DNA of 64,000 nucleotides from a virus, in IMG/VR virus record IMGVR_UViG_3300021498_000001, positions 8,623-72,622 of that record; one strand, written 5' to 3'. Position 1 is the first letter of the stretch. Every line of letters starts with the position of its first letter. Positions 28,001 through 37,224 of the stretch are shown here, one piece after another. The notes below the pieces were generated by a model. That model had not been told where the DNA came from and searched no databases. It saw nothing but the letters and a program-made list of their open reading frames with translations. Both the position numbers and the translations under genes were made by a program.

Positions 28001-30316
28001 ATAGAACCTTATTGGGAAAAACTGCGAGATTTAATACCACAGGTATTGGGCGATCCATTGAATGAATTTCTGAAGCGGCTTTATTGGGAAAGGTATAAAT
28101 GGGATATTGCAGCTAATACTATAGAAGACTTCTTTAACGAGTTTTTAGAGTCTTTAGCCCCACATCCAGCTGATGTAGAGCGGCTTCAGGAAGAGTATGG
28201 TGCTTATTTGAATGCTTGGCTTTCATATTTAGAGAAAGTGAGAGAAGGACTTTGGGATTGGGCTACATTTCTTAGGATGATTCATGGAGATATAATTGAG
28301 ATAGAATCTTTGGAATGGTTTAAATGGATGGGAACGTGGGAGCCATATGAATCTAATATTGAAATTGAAGACGTAAGAAGGTGGTTGTTAACTGTTTTGT
28401 CACGTCATTTAAGAGATTTCACAGATGAGTTTATAGGCACTTTGGATGAAATAATTGGTCGTTTGATATATCCTTATCTCCCTGAAAGAATCAAACAGGT
28501 GGTTTCCAAGATGTCACCAGAAGAAATCTGGAAATACTTAATTGAGAATCTTGATAAAACTATTGAATATCTGAGAAATCTGCTTACTGACTTGGGAGAT
28601 ACTCTTAAAGAAAGACTGGAGTATCTCGATAAAATCAGGCAAGCAGCTGCCAGAAAAATATCAAACGTTTTGTACGAGGTCTTTGTTGAGCCTATGGAAG
28701 ACTTAAGAGAAAAGATTGAAAGATTCTCACTGGGCGAAGAGTATGTTGCAAAGGCATTGGAAGATGCAGAAGCACAATGGAATAGAATAGCAGATACTTG
28801 GCAGAGGATAACTGAAACTGGAAATGAAGAGGCACTTAGAGCAATGGCTTCTAATTGGGAAAGAATTTTAGAAGATGCAGAGAACTATATTGATTTGCTA
28901 GAACAGGCTTACGAAAGAGAAGTAGATGCTCTTGAGAAAGAATATGAAGCAAGAATGGAAGGCTTCAATAAAGAAACAGGAGAAATCTACAGCACTTGGC
29001 AAGATATAGCAGACCTTTTGACAGAAAGAGGATATGATGTAGGAGAACAATGGGGCGAGGCTTGGGAGAAGGCACAAGCGGTAGGTGAAGGAGTAAGCGA
29101 GGCATTTGATATATGGAGAGATTGGCAAGAAGAACAGCTCGATGCTTTGGAAGATTTGAAATCTGATTGGGAAGATGTGATGGAATCTGCACAGGAATTA
29201 ATAGATGAATTGACAACAGTAAGTGAGCTTGCACCTGTTCAGAGCTGGGAAGCAATTCAAAGAAGATGGGAAGAGCTAAGAGAACGCATGATTTCTGGAG
29301 ATGTTGAAGCAGCAAGAGCACTTATTGACTTTACAGAGACTTATTTGGAGATGGCAAGAACGCTAACGCCAAGTCAATATGTTAATATATATCAAGACGT
29401 TCTTGGAACGTTACAACAATCCAGAGACATAGCAGAAGACCAGATATCAACACTAGGGGATTTGGCAGACAGTATTCGTGAAACAGTAGAAGCAGCAGAA
29501 GTTGCATTAGAAGACATAATGGAACGGTTAAATGATGAATTAGAGCAAAGGATAGAGGACTTAAGGCAGGAGTATGCAGCAAGAATGGATGAAGTCTACT
29601 CACTACTTGAAGATATGAGGGTGAAAATAGTTACAGAAGTTGTACCTCCAGAATTCAGGGATGATGTACTCAGGGAACTAGGCTATCAGATTGATTACCT
29701 TTCAAGAGTCGAGGAAATTTTGAATAATGCAAGTACTGCTGATAATCAGATTAAGGTATGGAAACTTGAGGATGTAAGTGATTACTTAAACAAGATTGCA
29801 TCATGGAATCTTGACGAACTCATGAAGGATATCAAGGAATGGGACTTAGGCAATAAAGTTAAAACTCTCTTCAGTGTGCTTCGAAGACAATCAGAAACCA
29901 TCAGAGTTTGGGTTCCTAGAATTGCTAGTTTAATACAACATACAGAGTTAATTCATGCATTGGATATACAACGAAACGAATATTTGAAGCAATTGTGCGA
30001 TCTTCTCCAAGAAAATAAAGGCGCAGGCGAAGTTCCTTCTTTGCAAACAGGTGGCATTATAGGTCAAGAAGGCATATATCGTCTCCATCCAGGAGAAATC
30101 GTTATACCTCGCAATGCTAATATTAGAGTGGAAATAGACGCAGATAAATTAGGTGAGTCCATTGCCTCTTCTTTGATTCGTGCAGGTATAGCTTCAAAAG
30201 AGACCTCTTCTATACACTTGCATATAGACGGCAGAGAAATAGCAGCAGTTACAGCAGAACAAATAAGAAGAGGTCATCCAGAATTGGTGAAGCAAGTAAG
30301 AAGAATTACACATTAA
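22013..30316 (+). CDS. Tape measure protein (2767 aa)
   Basis: Very long helical ORF after the chaperones; central hydrophobic segments; AQAGGIV..GEAGPEAIIPL and LQTGG..HPGEIVIP motifs; C-terminal LHIDGREIA. Confidence 0.88.
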   Translation: MAGYDVSITITTRWREAGKPPSPEPVQKTEQAVRRTTAALKEQQSILARFIRNWKNTFAVFAAGYVSVVAFLEVLRLMSQTIAGGIQKIAEFESAVASLTARLMSLIGVRPGESLSAGWDRLTEYVKNVYNWAIKLDAQFSGTTEELMEAFRALADQGIILNVQAEEHRKAWLAIAEAAKAVNPHIRRQGQMYQEIRAWVQGIVRQGNELARQSEAMIPNYKEQVKLLASADEWVQFINTHFLGYLVLSKKIGDTWDAVVSTFESYFTLLQRMGLRPLFETLKNIIASMADYLRKHLVPLSLNFAAIWKAIGPAIQLIADIFGIIFKTVSALSPIIAAFTHAVGTLASLFRVPLKLFSMLLDNAIEYETHLYKIEEQQKKTFAISEEERRLLELRKKEEQIDLTKPLQLAEEAEYELLAAAKSATYARIELKRREVKDAIEAIQKKIKALLLVEELESKVAKQGMKEAEERRRKWESDYKEWVRLNSELSQLQQRLYRMPLGGGAEAGEIMSRIRQIQSRILGLSESLNKYNKAQEDYVEHAEKAKEADEKIATLRKKLVTLNKYLALLNEKLAEEEKKIAEEKEKNAQKELLNIKKLSDAYAALAADYERYQTQMATVTEDLATERLRIESELTGSLEAQYRYRVQQVERWEAEKWNRVKSIQESMLKKIDNMRRQIEEQRAKENRELRLDEAATLVDLEIKEMEIYKDVQEKKVEIARIAAEKEKQIFLDTYGYAINLGEMLESTVADAFEGIVLGTRKLEDVFTAMRDVIVERFSRMFARMIRDKLDFDTFWVVNVENMPKQFEKSVFNIRSIWNSLMNWMTSSIGKLTGAIGTIGYGIAGMVGGEPWRAIGGTAATAAMLTGHPVIAVATITTAEIARAIFKGRVEWVSVGAPAAGMAGTRIGLERGWWESMSTFWKISLSFLTGWIPIFGSIFGRKWPTIRGTLEASLTFLTEASQIADEYAEEISKVSGGTKGRVRFEEATENVRVIILQWRDVKGSMDELSLAFLKFTQDVIDTYNAYFAMLPEDIREALIESLPQIEFAFAGGRKDMEILGKKVATKMLIETYLSWGVPLIEEFNKLLGIDLFEKFGLEKTWEELIEKAGVDIFREFGRASHKRKEEIEELYEYVTQELQTTVDVVLRTAGTLYNLMKVYGDGVEIYFDSILNYVKDIVDKYTAEMSGLKEEEVAKKAEELGKTVDEYLSAVVSFIEDIEDTIAEYTLAPAAREIRDIEKWYQERIAEAESLGLSIERLNQAMALKFFKPIEDIIDTRSDFEKAIDELNEWYLAATDFFERHQEVLESLGYSIEEIILAYRTQLERLFLSPLEELRKRIASIGGGVQITPEERAAEISRILDEIMTLLASDTETLASQWEHLLELLNEYINLQEQAYEEQIEQLRDEYEKRKELTRKAYEEEMEKIREEYQARIDAIQDEISQVEELMSAWESIQDRVDDLIEQIEEAGKTPVESLESAWSEFQDLLREIMEAPPEERPELIEELLDLMPEILNLAEDIFGQGEILNQLQQYFLDILEHIGAEAESQLDVLKETRDALEAQKELLEDELDMRLSELNESMEAALNALDEDLQSKIDELTQSTIDALMSLIDTVEEAGEGIIDSMTGGEFAGISEEKLEELRESLESLQSSFEGLDLGTINENISTLTETTTDLIPTMSENLANEVALMNDQILPLLQHIDEGINTVLVNVINSAVSTLSEAVGTGVASINGQIASTGASLGNAISSAASSISSAISSAASSISASISAIQCVCESHCHCDCSCTCNVNTESAQAGGIVTRPTLLMVGEAGPEAIIPLSRLSQYVPTSRYTYPAYYEPFIDPWKLWDEIRDLVDAIRELTEELADWIEEALNPLYDFEKDLDEIIEETKEWIKLLEAHRDYLESIGYNVDQLIDLVKQTAWEKILDLIEDDIEEVRNLVNYTSDWEQEIADILDWYEELTRKTEDILDILEETLIPTVLKKYGITTIQDLEEVIKDLEKIEPYWEKLRDLIPQVLGDPLNEFLKRLYWERYKWDIAANTIEDFFNEFLESLAPHPADVERLQEEYGAYLNAWLSYLEKVREGLWDWATFLRMIHGDIIEIESLEWFKWMGTWEPYESNIEIEDVRRWLLTVLSRHLRDFTDEFIGTLDEIIGRLIYPYLPERIKQVVSKMSPEEIWKYLIENLDKTIEYLRNLLTDLGDTLKERLEYLDKIRQAAARKISNVLYEVFVEPMEDLREKIERFSLGEEYVAKALEDAEAQWNRIADTWQRITETGNEEALRAMASNWERILEDAENYIDLLEQAYEREVDALEKEYEARMEGFNKETGEIYSTWQDIADLLTERGYDVGEQWGEAWEKAQAVGEGVSEAFDIWRDWQEEQLDALEDLKSDWEDVMESAQELIDELTTVSELAPVQSWEAIQRRWEELRERMISGDVEAARALIDFTETYLEMARTLTPSQYVNIYQDVLGTLQQSRDIAEDQISTLGDLADSIRETVEAAEVALEDIMERLNDELEQRIEDLRQEYAARMDEVYSLLEDMRVKIVTEVVPPEFRDDVLRELGYQIDYLSRVEEILNNASTADNQIKVWKLEDVSDYLNKIASWNLDELMKDIKEWDLGNKVKTLFSVLRRQSETIRVWVPRIASLIQHTELIHALDIQRNEYLKQLCDLLQENKGAGEVPSLQTGGIIGQEGIYRLHPGEIVIPRNANIRVEIDADKLGESIASSLIRAGIASKETSSIHLHIDGREIAAVTAEQIRRGHPELVKQVRRITH

Positions 30317-30332
30317 TTTGGAGGTGTTTGAT

Positions 30333-30896
30333 ATGGAAGAAAAGTTTAAGCAAGGAATGAATATAGGAGCGAGTGTTATTTCAAAACGAGGAGTTCATTT
30401 CAGACCTCTTTGGGGCGCACATTACAGAGTAGAATGCTATGACAAAAATGGCAATCTCAAATGGGTAGATGAATTTGACAATCTGGTAGTGGATGAAGGA
30501 CTGAATGACAATCTGGATAAATATTTCAAAGGAAGCAACTACACAGCCTCATTTTATGTAGGACTTACAGATGGCTCTCCCACACCTTCTGCAAGTGACA
30601 CTATGTCTTCTCATTCAGGTTGGAATGAAGTTACTGCTTATGATGAATCTGCAAGACCCTCTCTTGTTCTTGGTACTGTGTCAAATAAATCTGTAGATAA
30701 TTCTGAAAATAAAGCTCAATTCACAATAAATGCAAACAATACAACAATAGGTGGTGCATTTGTGACAACTGACAGCACAAAAGGAGGCACAACAGGCATT
30801 TTATATGGTGTGGGAGCATTTTCTGCAGGTGACAAAACATTGGACAGTGGAGATGTTTTGCAAGTAACAGTTACTCTTACTGCAAGTGCAGCATAG
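30333..30896 (+). CDS. Virion structural/tail protein
   Basis: GGAGGTG RBS favours ATG 30333; NLVVDEG, YVGL, GDVLQVT motifs common in tail-associated proteins. Confidence 0.65.
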   Translation: MEEKFKQGMNIGASVISKRGVHFRPLWGAHYRVECYDKNGNLKWVDEFDNLVVDEGLNDNLDKYFKGSNYTASFYVGLTDGSPTPSASDTMSSHSGWNEVTAYDESARPSLVLGTVSNKSVDNSENKAQFTINANNTTIGGAFVTTDSTKGGTTGILYGVGAFSAGDKTLDSGDVLQVTVTLTASAA

Positions 30897-30915
30897 CAGG
30901 ATATAACAATAAAGA

Positions 30916-33114
30916 ATGAGCAAAAAGTTTGAGTTAAAACATAGGCGTTCACTTAACTCTAAGGTATTTTACAATGGAGATGGGACTTTCACTCTTCGTG
31001 CGCATGTGGGGCATATCCATTACAAAGACAAACAGACAAGAGAGTTTGAGGATATAGACCCCACTTTGATTCCTACTGAAAATGGCTGGGAAATGCGAAA
31101 GTCCAATTACGAGGCTGAGATTCCTAAATATGCTGATGGTGAGTTTAAATTTATTCACTCTTGCCTAATAGATATTAACACAAAGAAGGATTTGGAACTG
31201 CCAGAGGAGTGTATCTCCTTTATTCCTTTGGGTGTGTCTCATGTTGATGGTAGATTGGATGAAGGCAAGAGGAAAGTTACATATCCAAATGCATTTGGAG
31301 ATGGGATTGACTTGGAAATCGAGACAGGCAAACTAAGCCTCAGAAAATATATTGTCATTAGAAAACAGCCTGAAGAGTTGACCAAAGATTTGGAGTTTTC
31401 ATTTGTGGTATCCCTTCCCCATATGGATGCTAAGGTCAAATGGAAAGACAGAGAGACAGGTAAGTTTGTAGAATGGAGGAAAGACAAGGATGTTGAAATT
31501 CTTGGAGATGTACCTCTTACTCTGGGCAAGAATCGTGAGACTTGGATTCGTCCTTTAAGGATTTGGGATTCTGCGGGTAATAAGGCTTATATTAAAGTCA
31601 AATTAAGGATAATAAATAACAAACCAGTTCTTACCAAAATTCTGCCTAAAGACTTTTTACTCAAAGCTACGTATCCAGTTTATACAGATACCACGACAAG
31701 TTATTATTCAGGAAGTGGGGATGGATATGTTGAAAATTCTAACAGCAATTGGAATATTTGCCATGATGCTACATCGGGAAGTGATAGTGACTATATTTAC
31801 GCTGCTACCTTTATCTCTTCTCATGTTGAATCGAGCAACTATGTTATAAGGAGAGCGTTTTTTCCTATTGATACCTCTAGCATACCTGATAATGCTGAGA
31901 TTCAATCAGCAACCTTTCATTTTGATATTTATTCGATTGATCAAAAAAAGGGCACAAATTATTTTGCATTAGTTCAAACATCTCAAGCGTCCGTGACATC
32001 ATTAACAAATGATGATTTTGACCAATGCGGAGCCGTGAATAATCCTACTGAAGGAGCAGATAGACTACAAGTGCCTTCTTCTACTGGATGGTATTCATTT
32101 TCGTTAAATTCTACTGGTTTGGGTTGGATTAATAAGACTGGATACACCAAATTGGGCATCAGGTCTGGAGATTTAGATTGTGATGATGTTGCTCCTACCG
32201 ATGGATCTCATGAATTTTGTGTTCAAGTTTATACTTCGGAGAGTTCTTATGACCCTTACTTAGAAGTAACTTATGGCTTTTTTGGTGATGTAACCTTAGC
32301 AATGTCACAGTCTCAGTCTCAAGAAAGCCTAGCAACATTTCAGGGTGATATCTCACTGTCTCATTGCTTATCTCAACAACAAAATGGCCTGATATCGTTT
32401 TTCGCATCTATTTCTCTAGACCATGCCATGTCTCAGGCACAAGATAGAGTAAAAATATCTCTAGTGAATCTTCCACTTTCTCATTCTTTATCTCAAACTC
32501 AATCTGGACTAGCCCAATCACAGTCTCAAGTGGGTTTATCTCACTCTTTATCTCAGGCACAATCAGGTTTGGCTCAGGCAAAATCGCAAATAAGTTTGTC
32601 GCATTCTTTATCTCAACTTCAATCTAGCATTAAATTAGTACAACGTCAAATTGGGTTATCTCATTCTTTATCTCAATCCCAAACTGCACTGTCTTATGCA
32701 TTGGCAGGATATATGGCAAGTTATCTTTCTCAAAAAACGCCAGACTATGATGCCTTCTTACCTAACTTGCCAGTATCTTCCTTCAGTGAAAGTGTTACTG
32801 TTACGACTAACATTCTTGAAGTTGACAGTGGAGATGAGGAAAGAATACAAATATCACAACCAGACTTTAGAGTTACACTAAATTTATCCAAATTAACAAG
32901 GAGTCAAATTGAGGAATTAATTGAGTTTTACACAAATGAAACTAAAGCCAATGGCAAGATGCGTTCTTTTAAATGGACTCATCCAGTAGATGGGCATACT
33001 TATGTTGTGAGATTTGATACAGACTTGATTGATGTAGTTAGGCATGGATTATTTACAGATGAATTAAGCATTACTCTAAGAGTTTTAGGATACTCAAGTT
33101 TGGGTTGGTCTTAG
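30916..33114 (+). CDS. Tail protein with beta-sandwich domains, Ser/Gln 20-aa repeats and a C-terminal Dit-like domain
   Basis: RAFFPIDTSSIP..A.IQSATF..DPYLEVTY module, LSHSLSQ repeats, C-terminus similar to the next gene. Confidence 0.6.
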   Translation: MSKKFELKHRRSLNSKVFYNGDGTFTLRAHVGHIHYKDKQTREFEDIDPTLIPTENGWEMRKSNYEAEIPKYADGEFKFIHSCLIDINTKKDLELPEECISFIPLGVSHVDGRLDEGKRKVTYPNAFGDGIDLEIETGKLSLRKYIVIRKQPEELTKDLEFSFVVSLPHMDAKVKWKDRETGKFVEWRKDKDVEILGDVPLTLGKNRETWIRPLRIWDSAGNKAYIKVKLRIINNKPVLTKILPKDFLLKATYPVYTDTTTSYYSGSGDGYVENSNSNWNICHDATSGSDSDYIYAATFISSHVESSNYVIRRAFFPIDTSSIPDNAEIQSATFHFDIYSIDQKKGTNYFALVQTSQASVTSLTNDDFDQCGAVNNPTEGADRLQVPSSTGWYSFSLNSTGLGWINKTGYTKLGIRSGDLDCDDVAPTDGSHEFCVQVYTSESSYDPYLEVTYGFFGDVTLAMSQSQSQESLATFQGDISLSHCLSQQQNGLISFFASISLDHAMSQAQDRVKISLVNLPLSHSLSQTQSGLAQSQSQVGLSHSLSQAQSGLAQAKSQISLSHSLSQLQSSIKLVQRQIGLSHSLSQSQTALSYALAGYMASYLSQKTPDYDAFLPNLPVSSFSESVTVTTNILEVDSGDEERIQISQPDFRVTLNLSKLTRSQIEELIEFYTNETKANGKMRSFKWTHPVDGHTYVVRFDTDLIDVVRHGLFTDELSITLRVLGYSSLGWS
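32291..32710 (+). repeat. Coding tandem repeat, ~7 x 60 nt (xxLSHSLSQ, 20 aa)
   Basis: tctcattctttatctcaa-like motif recurs with a 60-nt period. Confidence 0.8.
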
Positions 33115-33123
33115 GAGTTAATT

Positions 33124-33480
33124 ATGACTCCAGATTACAATGCTTTTTTGCCAGTTGAGCCTCAAGAAGCGGTAGAGGAAACAGAGCAGCCTTGGCAAAA
33201 GATACTGGAAGGCTCTGGGTATGAGGAGAAAAGGATTGAGCTTGGGGATATGAAATCTTATGTGCAGTTGAGATGGACTGTATTGACAAAGAGCCAAGCA
33301 AGACAGTTGTTCAAGTTTTTTCTTGAAGTAAAGAAAAATAAAACTTTTAAATGGACAAATCCAAGAAACAGCATTACTTATGTTGTAAGATTTGACAGTG
33401 ACTTTAAGAGAAATATAATAATGAGTGAGGTCTTTTCAGTTGACCCAATAAGACTCAGAATTTTAGGCGTAGCAACTTAG
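33124..33480 (+). CDS. Distal-tail/minor tail protein (lambda gpM-like, putative)
   Basis: 118 aa; FKWTNP..YVVRFD; precedes the large tail-tip gene. Confidence 0.55.
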   Translation: MTPDYNAFLPVEPQEAVEETEQPWQKILEGSGYEEKRIELGDMKSYVQLRWTVLTKSQARQLFKFFLEVKKNKTFKWTNPRNSITYVVRFDSDFKRNIIMSEVFSVDPIRLRILGVAT

Positions 33481-33489
33481 GAGTGTAAA

Positions 33490-36400
33490 ATGCTTAGTTT
33501 GACAGATTCACAATTAGAGCTACTGCAAAACACTTATAAATCCATAATTTGGCTTTTCGATGTTACAGACAAAAACAACAATGCTTATTATTGGTCAACA
33601 AGGGATTATACTTATGACTCAACAAGCTATACATTTAACATAGTTGAGTTTTCTGGTATTTCTTTAAATAGAAGTCGTTCAGAAGAAAACATAATTGCAC
33701 CCAGTGAGGTAAGAATCAAGATAGGCAATGTTGGCAATACCTATTCTGCAGATGATTTCACAAACGGAGAGGTTTTGATTTCGCTAATAGTAGATGACAG
33801 TTTTATTGCCAAATGGAAGTTTAATATTATAAAGGCCTATGGCAGTTATCAAACTATCACACTGGAATGTGAGGATTTTTTGCAAAAATATCTAGAAGGA
33901 GCATATCCCAATACTCAACTTATTAAGGCTCTTTTCCCTGATGAATACTATGAAGAGGAAGATGTTTGTGTGCCTGTATGTTTTGGCACGGCATACATTC
34001 CTCTTAGGCCTGTAGAAATAGAAGGATCAAGATATTATCTTCTTGGTCCTACAGATAGAACATATACAATAACAGAAGTTCATACTCCTTCAGAGTGGGG
34101 CATAAAATATTCTTGGTCTTCTTCGAGTTACTCCTTCAATCAATATACAAAAGAAGACCAGTTTGGTAACTCATGGCAGGTATTTCAGCCGATAATCGCG
34201 GACTCAAATTTGGATGGAACACCAGATGCATGCGGCTTGTGGATTGAAGGACAGCGAATATTAGATATGCCTACTCAATTTAGTTATAACTCCATAACCA
34301 ATCCAGCAGATGTGATAAAAGAAATTCTCAAGGATTTTGGTGTACCCGAAAATGAAATAGACAGTGATTCTTTTAGCGACGCTGCAACTACATTTAATAA
34401 TTGGGGTTTAACCTTTAATGGTGGACTGTGGACGAAGTCAGATAGAAAGTCTATCTTATCAATGCTTCTTAACTCATGCCACTCAAGAATTTTAGTAAGG
34501 GATAAATTGTATTTGTCTGTCTTGTCCAAGACAAGCCAAAAGACTATCACAACATCTCTAGTGGCAAAGGAGAGCTTTGATTATTCTAAGTTATCTGAGG
34601 AGCTATCTGACAGTGGATACGTAGCATGGCAAAAAGAGGGAGAGCCTCAAGATAATATGTTGAAGGCACTTGTGCCAGGCAAAGGAACAACAACTGATTA
34701 TATAAGTGATGAGATTATATACATACCTTGGGTGCAGAATGCAGTTCATGTGCAAAAATTAGCATGCCTTGTATTCCAGAGAAAATTTTTCAAAATTGCA
34801 GAGTTAACCTTTGAAGGCAGAAGTGAGCTTCTGACACTAGAGCCAGGAGATGTTATCACAATAAATGGAGATAATTATGGCGGCACTTATAAGGCGATTG
34901 TAGATGAAGTAGAAATAAAAAATGACCTAACTGTAAGAATTACTGCTACAAGGCATTCTATTGAATTTGATGATTGGGATGATTTAACGCAGTTTACAGA
35001 TATAACTGTATATACAACTGTTCCTTCTGCGTGGGAAGCCCTACCTTCAGGTTATGGATATGGAATTAGATGGGATAGGGAGCAAGCTACCTTATTCGTA
35101 GAAGGCACAATTAGAGTTACGGGTGGATTTATTGCAGATTCAGGTGGATTTTTTAGGTCAGGCCAAACAGCTTTTGATATGGGTACAGGATTTTGGATCG
35201 GGAATAGCAATGGTACTCCTAGGTTATCTATCGGTGACAGCTCAGGTGTGAAACTTACTTGGGACGGTGCAAGTTTGAACATTGTTGGAGCATCTATAAA
35301 GACAACAAGTTCTGGAGCAAGAGTGGAGATTTTCCCTACAAGCAATATAGGTATAGTTGCCTATGATGGTGGAGATGGTGAGGTTTTCAAGATTGTAGTA
35401 GGCGGTAATGATACAGGCGATGTAATCATAGGCCATTATGCAGCAAATCAGGGATGTAAGTGGGATAGGAGTGAAAGTACATTTTATGTAAGAGGTAAAC
35501 TAAATGCAGATGATTTGGTTGCTGGGATAGTAAGCATGGATAGGATTGAAGCAGGGAGCATTACAGGAGATAAGATAGCTGCAGATAGCATTACTACAGA
35601 GCATCTACAAGCTAATTGTGTTACAGGAACTGAAATAGCTGCAGATTCTATTACAGCTACTCATATACAAGGAGACCAATTGGATGTACTTGCTACAAAA
35701 ACAGGTACTCTAACTGTGGATGAGGCAATTTATTCAACGAATAAAACTTCTTATAGTGATACAACTGCAGGATTTTGGCTGGGAAATGATGGCGGGACAT
35801 ATAAGGTAAACATTGGAAATGATACAAAATATTTGAAATGGGATGGAAGCGATTTGGAAATCAGAGGAATGGGACATTTTGGAGACGACAATGATTATAT
35901 TTTAGTGGGAGTGAGTAGTCCAGGGTATGACCATATATCATTTTATTCAGGCGGTAGTTGTCGGGGCTATATTTGGGGAAGCACTAATGGACTGAATATT
36001 GGGACTTTATCTGGACTTAATGTACGACTCATTGATAGTACGGGAGCAATATCTTTGATTGTTAAAACTGATAGAATTGAATTTCGACATCCTCCATATC
36101 CCACTGTAGATAACAACCTCGATTTAGGAGCTTCTGGTTTCTATTGGAAGAACGGATATATTACTACTATTTATACTGATTTACTAAGACCAAAGGCGTC
36201 CACTTCTGATATTGGTGACTCTGATAACTATTGGGAAAATGCATATATTAGCACCATTTACACTGATTTGCTCAAACCAAAAACATCCGCTTCTGATATT
36301 GGTGAATCTTCAAATGCTTGGCACTTTGCATACCTTAGTACCTTACATGTTACAAATATAAGAGTATTATCAGTTACGGGCACTGACTCTAATATTGGTG

Positions 36401-36825
36401 CATCTGATTCTCGTTTTGACAATATTTATGTCTCCACAGTCAATTATTGCAACACGAATGACTACTGTTCTCTTGTAGATTTATCTGAGATTCTTTCTAA
36501 GCCTGCCTGCGATCTCTTGTTTGACCTGAGAACAGATGATTTTACTGTGCAAGCAGGCAAACATATCGCGCATAATTCTTGGCCTAGGTTTGTCCGTAAC
36601 TTACATTATGTTGAAGTTGCAGAAGATGAAAAAGATAAATTAGAAGAAATAGCTAAACTTGTCTCAAGAAAGGTGGGAGAAATAGAAAAGGACAGCAAAA
36701 AATATTTCACCTTTGAAATTTCCTCTGTAAATGCAGATTTAATCGACTCTATTATCCTGGCAGCACTCAAAGAATTGATATTGAAAATTAAGGAATTAGA
36801 GGGTAAAATAAAATTAAGGAGTTAA
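33490..36825 (+). CDS. Tail tip/central fibre (host-specificity) protein
   Basis: TNPADVI, LEPGDVITI, ITGDKIAADSIT repeats, GFWLGN motifs, 29-aa DIGxSxNxW repeats, C-terminal coiled coil. Confidence 0.75.
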   Translation: MLSLTDSQLELLQNTYKSIIWLFDVTDKNNNAYYWSTRDYTYDSTSYTFNIVEFSGISLNRSRSEENIIAPSEVRIKIGNVGNTYSADDFTNGEVLISLIVDDSFIAKWKFNIIKAYGSYQTITLECEDFLQKYLEGAYPNTQLIKALFPDEYYEEEDVCVPVCFGTAYIPLRPVEIEGSRYYLLGPTDRTYTITEVHTPSEWGIKYSWSSSSYSFNQYTKEDQFGNSWQVFQPIIADSNLDGTPDACGLWIEGQRILDMPTQFSYNSITNPADVIKEILKDFGVPENEIDSDSFSDAATTFNNWGLTFNGGLWTKSDRKSILSMLLNSCHSRILVRDKLYLSVLSKTSQKTITTSLVAKESFDYSKLSEELSDSGYVAWQKEGEPQDNMLKALVPGKGTTTDYISDEIIYIPWVQNAVHVQKLACLVFQRKFFKIAELTFEGRSELLTLEPGDVITINGDNYGGTYKAIVDEVEIKNDLTVRITATRHSIEFDDWDDLTQFTDITVYTTVPSAWEALPSGYGYGIRWDREQATLFVEGTIRVTGGFIADSGGFFRSGQTAFDMGTGFWIGNSNGTPRLSIGDSSGVKLTWDGASLNIVGASIKTTSSGARVEIFPTSNIGIVAYDGGDGEVFKIVVGGNDTGDVIIGHYAANQGCKWDRSESTFYVRGKLNADDLVAGIVSMDRIEAGSITGDKIAADSITTEHLQANCVTGTEIAADSITATHIQGDQLDVLATKTGTLTVDEAIYSTNKTSYSDTTAGFWLGNDGGTYKVNIGNDTKYLKWDGSDLEIRGMGHFGDDNDYILVGVSSPGYDHISFYSGGSCRGYIWGSTNGLNIGTLSGLNVRLIDSTGAISLIVKTDRIEFRHPPYPTVDNNLDLGASGFYWKNGYITTIYTDLLRPKASTSDIGDSDNYWENAYISTIYTDLLKPKTSASDIGESSNAWHFAYLSTLHVTNIRVLSVTGTDSNIGASDSRFDNIYVSTVNYCNTNDYCSLVDLSEILSKPACDLLFDLRTDDFTVQAGKHIAHNSWPRFVRNLHYVEVAEDEKDKLEEIAKLVSRKVGEIEKDSKKYFTFEISSVNADLIDSIILAALKELILKIKELEGKIKLRS

Positions 36826-36849
36826 ATACTTAAAAGAAGGAGGAGACAG

Positions 36850-37215
36850 ATGAGGAGAAAGGTTAGTGTATTGTTAGTCCTTGCTTTTCTTTTAATGTTC
36901 TTCTGTCAAACTATTTGGGCAAACAGTTCTAAAACATGTCCTCAAATAAGCTCAGTCACTTTATGGGGCTGCGAGTTCACGGTAGAAAATGTTGAACAGA
37001 TTTTCTCATTTGAGGATAAACTTATTTGCCATTACACTCTGATGAATTGTGACCTTGCATCAGAATACCTAGTAGGAAATGAATTGAAGCCCATAATGTC
37101 CGATTTGTTAGATTTAGTAAGTGATTGGGAAATAGGCTGGATCAAACTCAACCAATATGTATTTGCTAACCATCGCTCGATTATTATCGACATAGGAATA
37201 GCTAGAAAACATTAA
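36850..37215 (+). CDS. Secreted/membrane protein with N-terminal signal peptide
   Basis: MRRKVSVLLVLAFLLMFF..IWA; strong AGGAGGAG RBS. Confidence 0.6.
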   Translation: MRRKVSVLLVLAFLLMFFCQTIWANSSKTCPQISSVTLWGCEFTVENVEQIFSFEDKLICHYTLMNCDLASEYLVGNELKPIMSDLLDLVSDWEIGWIKLNQYVFANHRSIIIDIGIARKH

Positions 37216-37224
37216 TAAGTAACA

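Noticed and set aside
33490-36825. Diversity-generating retroelement acting on the tail fibre
   Set aside because: No reverse transcriptase and no adenine-specific TR/VR pair seen; the internal repeats are ordinary coding repeats.
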